In this document: piece after piece, positions 58,210 through 64,000 of the stretch
Layout of the letters: each line of letters begins with the position of its first letter
Numbering within the stretch: position 1 is the stretch's first letter
Source of the DNA: a virus
IMG/VR virus record: IMGVR_UViG_3300013102_000032
Location: 1-64,000 of that record
Length of the DNA stretch: 64,000 bases
Direction: 5' to 3' (one strand)
Made by a program: the position numbers and the translations under genes
The notes under the pieces: model-generated
What the model saw: the letters and a program-made list of their open reading frames with translations, nothing else
Databases searched by the model: none
Told to the model about the DNA's origin: nothing

Positions 58210-58932
58210 CATCTTTCTCTTAATGAGTCTCATGATGCTATTTTCAATCGTTTCTTTTAATTCAAGATTCAACGATTGTTCTCCATACTTCTTGCCTAAC
58301 GGTAGGAATGTATGTTCATAGTAATCTTTAGCAAGTTCTTCATATTCACCTCTAGTAAGCTCTCCGTTTCTAATCGCAGACATAAATCTTAATTCGCTAC
58401 CAAAGTATCTAATGCTACCTTCAAAGTCTTCAAAATTAGTCGATTCAAATTTCACTATAGTCTTCATCGATCTAAAAGCATGAAGGGCTTGTTTAGTATC
58501 ATATCCATACTTGTCTACTAGATGTTGAGTTCCCTCTGTACCTTTGCCAATGGCATTAAATTTGTTAAAATACATTCCCTTACACGCATTGAATAGGTGT
58601 GGTAGGTTCATCTTATATATATCCTTTTTTAATCTAACAAGATTGAGAATTTCAATGTTGCCACTAGGGATATACAAATCATCAGAAGCTAATACTTCTA
58701 GGTAGTTAATATTCGCCTTGAAAAACAAATCACTTAACTTTCGAATGTCATGAATATCGTTATCTTCTGTTGGTGTTATAATTGACTTAGCATACCTTTG
58801 TCCCAAGTATAATTCCTCAAACGTAGGAAGTACGAAAACCTTGTAATCCTTATCTGACTCTTCATTAGCTAAGTTGTAGTTATGTGAGCCAACCAATGCT
58901 TTTAACACTATATCTCGTCCGTTTATTTTCAT
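58195..58932 (-). CDS. Nucleotidyltransferase, Nuc-transf/RlaP-like
   Basis: GSHNYNLA...SDKDYK, KANINYLEVL, GYDTKQA.H..R, IRNG. Confidence 0.8.
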   Translation of the reverse strand: MKINGRDIVLKALVGSHNYNLANEESDKDYKVFVLPTFEELYLGQRYAKSIITPTEDNDIHDIRKLSDLFFKANINYLEVLASDDLYIPSGNIEILNLVRLKKDIYKMNLPHLFNACKGMYFNKFNAIGKGTEGTQHLVDKYGYDTKQALHAFRSMKTIVKFESTNFEDFEGSIRYFGSELRFMSAIRNGELTRGEYEELAKDYYEHTFLPLGKKYGEQSLNLELKETIENSIMRLIKRKMLTSV

Positions 58933-58956
58933 GCTATCATCTCCTTTTATTCTATT

Positions 58957-58985
58957 AATATATCATTATTTTTTACTGTTGTCAA
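58957..58985 (-). promoter_or_regulatory. Sigma-A promoter
   Basis: TTGACA-17-TATATT with ATAATG. Confidence 0.7.
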
Positions 58986-59008
58986 TAGGCAAAATAAAAA
59001 GCAACCAA

Positions 59009-59224
59009 TTATGATTGCCAACTCTCTCTATCTACTACTCCATCATGTACGATATATGGGTCTGGGTCGCCCTTTACCCACACATCGAAATCCATTGTAT
59101 CTCTAAAAGCAATCTTAGTCCAATCTCCACCATACCATTTTCTAAACCATGCTAACTGAGTAAATCCGTACATATCTAATTTATAAACAAACTCTTTTAG
59201 TTTTCTATTTTTCAAAATAGTCAC
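59009..59224 (-). CDS. Hypothetical protein
   Basis: ORF downstream of the MBL gene. Confidence 0.5.
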   Translation of the reverse strand: MTILKNRKLKEFVYKLDMYGFTQLAWFRKWYGGDWTKIAFRDTMDFDVWVKGDPDPYIVHDGVVDRESWQS

Positions 59225-59235
59225 TCCTAGCCTTA

Positions 59236-60138
59236 TTAATATCTGTCAATTAATTCAAAATTATCTAAATCTTCATACATAACTGTTTTATTAAGTCCTC
59301 CAGACACATAAGAATCACTATTTCTATACAGTATAGGCTCTAGCCAACAACCGCCTAATTTATTTATAAATCGTAAAGCATAATCTTTGCCTTCTATATT
59401 GAATATATCACCTTCTCTATAATCGATAGGTGTAACGGTTTTGAATCCTAAGTTTCTAGCTTCATTAATATCAAAGCTCTCATCTAAATGCATACAATAA
59501 ACCCTATCTCTAACGCTCTTATCTACTAATTCATCTAACTTTCTTAAAGATAGATGTACATTTCCTTCGTAATCAGCTTTGCAAGTATCTTGATAGAAAT
59601 AGTCATACCATCCACCTTTTAATAACTCTAAAACATTACTAGGAATCTCATTTGAATCTCCGCTATAATAACCATTATCGCCTTTAAAAGAAATGCCATA
59701 TCCATAACATGTAAGCTCTGGTACATGATTAACTTTTAGAGCACTTATTAATAAACGCTCTCCATTCATATCAATATTTGCAAAAACATCCATTCTTACA
59801 AAGTTATATAATTCACCTCTAACTCCCATTGCTTTTAATGTAATCATAACATTAACATCTTTCGGAGCTAAGACGGTTAAACATGGTTTCATTATTTCAC
59901 CCATAGAGTAATAACTGTAGAAGATCAAATCTCCCAATGAGCCTACGTGATCTGGATGAGTATGCGTAATCAGTACATAGATTTTTTCTACGCCATCTAA
60001 TAAGTTCATCTTTCTAATTCTGTCAAAAGTATTACTTCCGCAATCGATCAGAAATAATGTACTTCCATCTTTTATGTATGCACTATTATTTCCAAGCTCT
60101 GTATTAAACGCACTTCCATATCCTATAAACTTCAACAT
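59236..60138 (-). CDS. Metallo-beta-lactamase-fold hydrolase, Apyc1/RNase Z-like
   Basis: G.GSAF..ELGNNSA, LIDCG, THTHPDHVG, HV, YSGD, HLS, MH. Confidence 0.85.
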   Translation of the reverse strand: MLKFIGYGSAFNTELGNNSAYIKDGSTLFLIDCGSNTFDRIRKMNLLDGVEKIYVLITHTHPDHVGSLGDLIFYSYYSMGEIMKPCLTVLAPKDVNVMITLKAMGVRGELYNFVRMDVFANIDMNGERLLISALKVNHVPELTCYGYGISFKGDNGYYSGDSNEIPSNVLELLKGGWYDYFYQDTCKADYEGNVHLSLRKLDELVDKSVRDRVYCMHLDESFDINEARNLGFKTVTPIDYREGDIFNIEGKDYALRFINKLGGCWLEPILYRNSDSYVSGGLNKTVMYEDLDNFELIDRY

Positions 60139-60257
60139 TTTACCATTCTCCTTTTTGTATAAAACATTATTTCATTACATATAATATCAATACGAACTAG
60201 AGCTGAAAGCAATCTTGGGAAAGGGTTGTTTGATTTCAGCCATCTTAGGCTCTAGTT

Positions 60258-60404
60258 TCATTTTCTTGCTGTTTGGATGAATCTTCTCACTAGTCCATCT
60301 TTAGAGTCTATATCTACCTTCTTTGCATTATGAGGCTTAATATCCTTGTAATGCTTTAATTTTTCTTCGGCTCTTTTAATTAATTCATCTTTATTCAAAT
60401 TCAT
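60258..60404 (-). CDS. Small basic protein (48 aa, not in ORF track)
   Basis: MNLNKDELIKRAEEKLKHYK...; RBS GAGGTG. Confidence 0.45.
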   Translation of the reverse strand: MNLNKDELIKRAEEKLKHYKDIKPHNAKKVDIDSKDGLVRRFIQTARK

Positions 60405-60596
60405 CACCTCTTAACTGATTTTAAAATCCACTATTACTGAGGTGCGTAAAAATGCCGTCATGGCTATACCAACACTTTATAAACACTCCGTTATTTCCTG
60501 CACTTTGTTTTATAACAATCGCAATGTTTCTTGTTTATATGATAAAGTCAAAAAATACAAATGACTAAGTAGTTCGCAGTTTGGTCGAAAGGCGAA

Positions 60597-60857
60597 CTAA
60601 TCTTTTTTCATTACAATTTCTAATCTATATCCTAATGCTTCTGCTAATTTATATAACGTTGAAAATGAAGGAATGTCTACACCGTTCTCAATTCTTGAAA
60701 TAGTCTTTTGTGCCACAGTTGATAGTTCTGATAGTTTTCTTTGAGATATACCTTTTTCTGTTCTTATATCTATGATTTCACCAACAAGTTCAAGTTTTGC
60801 GTATAGTTCGCCATCAGTGTTTTTTAAAGCTTCTTTGATTTCTTCAAAAGTGCTCAT
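60597..60857 (-). CDS. XRE/HigA-like HTH protein (probable start MSTFEE)
   Basis: GISQRKLSELSTVAQKTISRIENG...TLYKLAEALG; RBS GGAGTG. Confidence 0.85.
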   Translation of the reverse strand: MSTFEEIKEALKNTDGELYAKLELVGEIIDIRTEKGISQRKLSELSTVAQKTISRIENGVDIPSFSTLYKLAEALGYRLEIVMKKD

Positions 60858-60904
60858 GAAATATTCACTCCTTCGTAGTTTGTGTCTACTGTGCAATACG
60901 ATTG

Positions 60905-60922
60905 ATAAAATTGATGTTTTAT
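60905..60922. repeat. Junction motif ATAAAA-TTGATG-TTTTAT
   Basis: Flanked by G...C, extending the palindrome. Confidence 0.7.
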
Positions 60923-60932
60923 CCATTTACAA

Positions 60933-60981
60933 ACACAACATATAGTGTGTCAATCGGTATATCATACACTATATGTTGTGT
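60933..60981. promoter_or_regulatory. Tandem NrdR-box-like inverted repeats
   Basis: ACACAACATATAGTGT (60933-60948) and ACACTATATGTTGTGT (60966-60981) match the consensus acaCwAtATaTwGtgt. Confidence 0.6.
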
Positions 60982-60987
60982 TTTGAC

Positions 60988-61275
60988 TCAACCAATATGT
61001 AAATCCCAATAATCATACGCATCTTCGATTAATTTAACCAAATCTTTATCTGGTTCACTATACCATATTCCATAATCGACAAATAATCTATGATAGAATA
61101 TTGTAGCCGACCTTCTATAACTTCCCTTGCGGATATAAGTCTCACCATTACCCATACGACAGAAGTAATAATCCTTCCATCTAAACCAAGTTTCACCATT
61201 TCTCCCTAATACTTCTTCGTGAGGCAGATATGTCATTAGCCTTACGATTCCACTATAGTCTAGCTTCATTGCCAT
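60988..61275 (-). CDS. Hypothetical protein
   Basis: ORF with RBS. Confidence 0.55.
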   Translation of the reverse strand: MAMKLDYSGIVRLMTYLPHEEVLGRNGETWFRWKDYYFCRMGNGETYIRKGSYRRSATIFYHRLFVDYGIWYSEPDKDLVKLIEDAYDYWDLHIG

Positions 61276-61590
61276 TTATATCCGCTCCTTGTTAGCCATT
61301 TTCTTATAAAGATAAGGGTATTTCTTTCTCAAAATAAATTCCTTTACTGTTCTGGTGGTGCGTGGATATATATCTTTAAAGTATATAATAAGAAACATAA
61401 GTGTGAAAATCATAGTTAATATAAATGGTGCTAGTATTGATACTGGCGTTCCCAAGCTCATTATAAACCATGTCAAACCTATGAATACTGGATACATCTT
61501 GAAGAAATCTCTCACATACTTAAACTTTCTAATGTCATAGTATAATGCGTATGAGTAGTGTTTTAGTTTTGCTATCATGTTTTCTCTCAC
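61276..61590 (-). CDS. Membrane protein
   Basis: Two TM helices. Confidence 0.55.
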   Translation of the reverse strand: MRENMIAKLKHYSYALYYDIRKFKYVRDFFKMYPVFIGLTWFIMSLGTPVSILAPFILTMIFTLMFLIIYFKDIYPRTTRTVKEFILRKKYPYLYKKMANKERI

Positions 61591-61608
61591 TCCTTATCAT
61601 CTATATAT

Positions 61609-61637
61609 AGTATACCATTATTTTTATCGTTTGTCAA
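61609..61637 (-). promoter_or_regulatory. Sigma-A promoter
   Basis: TTGACA-17-TATACT with ATAATG. Confidence 0.75.
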
Positions 61638-61640
61638 CAG

Positions 61641-61829
61641 TTAATTTTCATCTTCGGATAATTGAAAGCCTTCTAGTATCTTATTCTCTTCCATATCTAT
61701 ATAAAAATAAATGTCAGTATCTCTAAGTCTATATAAACCTACAATACCAACATTATCATATCCTACTTCATCGCCATTCCAATCCGATGACCATAGCAAA
61801 TCTTTATTAAATTCTAATACAATTGTCAT
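61641..61829 (-). CDS. Small acidic hypothetical protein
   Basis: ORF overlapping the upstream stop. Confidence 0.55.
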   Translation of the reverse strand: MTIVLEFNKDLLWSSDWNGDEVGYDNVGIVGLYRLRDTDIYFYIDMEENKILEGFQLSEDEN

Positions 61830-62107
61830 AAATTTGCTTCCTCATCAAGTGTTTCAGCATTGTCTTTCATGTATTTGGACAACTTTTTGTATCCATCTGT
61901 ATTTATATCTTCTGAAAACCCTCTGAAACCAACTCTTGCAGGATATACATTTGTTATTTCTGTTACTTGACCACCTTTGCCATCTGGACACCTTACCTCT
62001 TCCACAACTAAAGCCCATCCAAACGCATGTAATGTTGTATTTATAAACCAAAATAATCCTGTGTCTCTAAACTCTTGCCATGATTTTTCTTCCATCATAT
62101 TTTTCAC
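61826..62107 (-). CDS. Phage hypothetical protein
   Basis: KSWQEFRDTGLFWFIN..LH.FGW...YPARV.FRGF pattern, recalled from Bacillus phage proteins. Confidence 0.6.
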   Translation of the reverse strand: MKNMMEEKSWQEFRDTGLFWFINTTLHAFGWALVVEEVRCPDGKGGQVTEITNVYPARVGFRGFSEDINTDGYKKLSKYMKDNAETLDEEANL

Positions 62108-62110
62108 TCC

Positions 62111-62395
62111 TTATTCATATCCTACAATCTCTGTTTTGATCTTTGGATTCATCTGCCTTGCGGTATATCCTATACTATTACAAACATCGCAATCGCTATT
62201 TAAAGGTTGTAAATCTTCTGCCCATCCGCTATCTGGAAGACCTCTAGGATACATGTTTATAATTTTGGTAGTAAATCCAAAACCTTGACACTTAGGGCAT
62301 TCAAATTTATTTATACCCTTCTTTTTCTTAATAATCTCTTCTATTTGTATATTTCCATATTGCTCCATCAAAATCTCTAGGTCACGTATCCTCAT
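62111..62395 (-). CDS. Zinc-finger protein
   Basis: CPKCQGFG...CDVCNSIG. Confidence 0.65.
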   Translation of the reverse strand: MRIRDLEILMEQYGNIQIEEIIKKKKGINKFECPKCQGFGFTTKIINMYPRGLPDSGWAEDLQPLNSDCDVCNSIGYTARQMNPKIKTEIVGYE

Positions 62396-62405
62396 GATAT
62401 ACCTC

Positions 62406-62591
62406 CTATGTGAATCTTAAATACAATCTTTCTTCGTTACGGTACACTTGTACATCTCCTATATCAACTACTGTTTCAATGTATTTTCCACCATAATCTT
62501 CGCCAATATCAGTTCGAATTTCAATATCTCCGCTTAAAAACATTTCTTTAAGAGCCTTCTTCAACTGTTCTTCAAAATTCAATATCAACAC
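62406..62591 (-). CDS. Hypothetical protein
   Basis: ORF with RBS GAGGTG. Confidence 0.5.
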   Translation of the reverse strand: MLILNFEEQLKKALKEMFLSGDIEIRTDIGEDYGGKYIETVVDIGDVQVYRNEERLYLRFT

Positions 62592-62619
62592 CTCTTATTT
62601 TATAGAATTTTACTAATCT

Positions 62620-62838
62620 TTAATAGTATCTCTTTTCAATTTTAATATAATCATATTCAACTTCATCTTCTTTTGAAAGTTTAACATGTAGTGCAATTTC
62701 TGTTTCATTTGGATAAAAATCGAAAGGAATAGACTCTTCTACAATTCCTTTTCCGATAAATTTATTTCGCCAATGTCCACCAATAAGCATGTCTATAAAT
62801 ATATTTCCGTAATAACAGATTACAAATTTCTCCTTCAA
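62620..62838 (-). CDS. Hypothetical cassette protein
   Basis: TTG start with RBS GGAGG right after motif 62854. Confidence 0.55.
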   Translation of the reverse strand: MKEKFVICYYGNIFIDMLIGGHWRNKFIGKGIVEESIPFDFYPNETEIALHVKLSKEDEVEYDYIKIEKRYY

Positions 62839-62853
62839 ATTTATTCCTCCTAG

Positions 62854-62871
62854 TTAAAATGAGAATTTTAT
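62854..62871. repeat. Junction motif TTAAAA-TGAGAA-TTTTAT
   Basis: Contains the stop of 62868..63128. Confidence 0.78.
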
Positions 62872-63128
62872 TCATCTATTCTTAATTCTAATGCTTGCCT
62901 CCAACAGTTATAACATTGTAAAGATTGTGCTTGCCATCCATGCACATCTTCCTTTTCACACAATCCTTCAAAATCATCAAGTCCAAAGTTCATTGGACAC
63001 CCTGCTAAAATTGATAAGTCACCATTTTTAATATCTTTCTCATTATCTAAACAGTTCTGTAAATGTTCAATATCATGAGTTTTAATAGTCTCGCAATAAT
63101 TTAGAATAACATCTTTTCCTGTTTTCAT
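62868..63128 (-). CDS. Cys-rich hypothetical cassette protein
   Basis: GCP...C...CYNCW; bounded by motifs. Confidence 0.6.
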   Translation of the reverse strand: MKTGKDVILNYCETIKTHDIEHLQNCLDNEKDIKNGDLSILAGCPMNFGLDDFEGLCEKEDVHGWQAQSLQCYNCWRQALELRIDE

Positions 63129-63142
63129 ATCTTCACCCCTTA

Positions 63143-63160
63143 TTAAAATAGAAGTTTTAT
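63143..63160. repeat. Junction motif TTAAAA-TAGAAG-TTTTAT
   Basis: Between the stop at 63165 and the next RBS. Confidence 0.78.
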
Positions 63161-63164
63161 CAAT

Positions 63165-63413
63165 TTATCGTCTTATGTATTCTTGTCTTCCACTAGCGTA
63201 GTATTTTACTTCTTTATACATAGGGTCATCTAGTTTTTCTACTCTCAAAACTATATTATCTTTATGCCTGTCTCTATTAACAATTGCTTGACAAGGGTTC
63301 TCTTTGGTGCAAGTGCATTTTGATTTATTCACATACCCTTGCCCACCTTCTTTTGCATAGCAGAATTTATTTTCTTTTACTATTTTTTGTATCATATCAA
63401 GTATCTCGCTCAT
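63165..63413 (-). CDS. Hypothetical cassette protein
   Basis: ORF bounded by motifs; Cys cluster. Confidence 0.6.
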   Translation of the reverse strand: MSEILDMIQKIVKENKFCYAKEGGQGYVNKSKCTCTKENPCQAIVNRDRHKDNIVLRVEKLDDPMYKEVKYYASGRQEYIRR

Positions 63414-63427
63414 AGCTTTCCTCCTTT

Positions 63428-63445
63428 ATAAAACTCGCATTTTAT
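63428..63445. repeat. Junction motif ATAAAA-CTCGCA-TTTTAT
   Basis: Contains the stop of the methylase gene. Confidence 0.78.
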
Positions 63446-64000
63446 CTATTAACTTTTACTAATTTTTCACTAGATTTTGTTATCGCCTTATGGCTCAAGT
63501 TAGAATTATGCACTTTTTCCCATAGAATTTCATGCTCAACATACTGTGGTATATCACATTCAGAAACTAGCACAACATTATTTTTACTCATTTCTTTGCA
63601 CCAATTCCAAAAATCTTCATGATTAAAATCATCACTATCATATCTGGTACTTTTTTGAGTTGTATTTGCATATGGTGGGTCACAATATAATACAGCATTT
63701 TTAATATCAGAATAGTCACGATAATCTTTGCAAGTAAATTCAACATCTATTAAATTACTCATCTGTTTTATGGTTTTTTCGATACTACCCTCTATATGAT
63801 TATCATATCTACTTCTCGCAAATCCTCCCCACCATTTGCCACCATATGAATAGTGAAATCCAACTAATCCCACAAGATACTTTGGTAAATTGTTCTGATT
63901 ATTTTTAACATAAGTATAATACTCTTTTGTAAATTGTAATTTATTTGGTTGCCAACCGCTCTGTAATTCTTTCCACATTTCTATTAAGAATGAATGACTG
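63442..64000 (-). CDS. DNA adenine methyltransferase (Dam/D12 class), 5'-truncated by the window
   Basis: YCDPPY motif, FNHEDFW, VLVSE; frame open to the window end. Confidence 0.85.
   Translation of the reverse strand, partial: SHSFLIEMWKELQSGWQPNKLQFTKEYYTYVKNNQNNLPKYLVGLVGFHYSYGGKWWGGFARSRYDNHIEGSIEKTIKQMSNLIDVEFTCKDYRDYSDIKNAVLYCDPPYANTTQKSTRYDSDDFNHEDFWNWCKEMSKNNVVLVSECDIPQYVEHEILWEKVHNSNLSHKAITKSSEKLVKVNR

Noticed and set aside
1-64000. tRNA genes, CRISPR array, integrase or transposase
   Set aside because: None recognised by eye; the intergenic gaps are short and explained by promoters, terminators or junction motifs. tRNAscan-SE was not run

Overview
AT-rich 64 kb segment of a large Bacillus-type (Firmicutes) siphovirus or prophage with SPbeta/Tsamsa-like gene content; the family assignment is inference. 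The + strand (1-19.4 kb) carries tail, baseplate and receptor-binding genes, the lysis cassette and a Rok-like DNA-binding protein. The - strand (19.5-64 kb) is the early/replication arm: RuvC, DnaE, tdk, folA, thyA, dut, gmk, class Ib nrdHIEF, gyrA/gyrB-type topoisomerase, DNA ligase and two ClpP paralogues. It also holds many candidate counter-defence genes: a NARP1-like PRS + NAMPT pair, a T4 gp30.3-like NADAR, a small alarmone hydrolase, a SLOG protein, PNK/RNA ligase/nucleotidyltransferases, an Apyc1-like MBL hydrolase and a DNA methylase. Two non-coding signals recur. (i) About 20 stereotyped sigma-A promoters, TTGACA-17-TATAAT with a conserved ATAATG extension. (ii) Thirteen copies of an 18-bp palindromic-arm motif WTAAAA-N6-TTTTAT, all at gene junctions, usually between a stop codon and the next RBS; these delimit arrays of single small promoterless ORFs. 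Motif (ii) is the best candidate for an undescribed integron-like gene-cassette system, but no recombinase is visible in this window. No tRNA, CRISPR array, reverse transcriptase, intron or intein was recognised.
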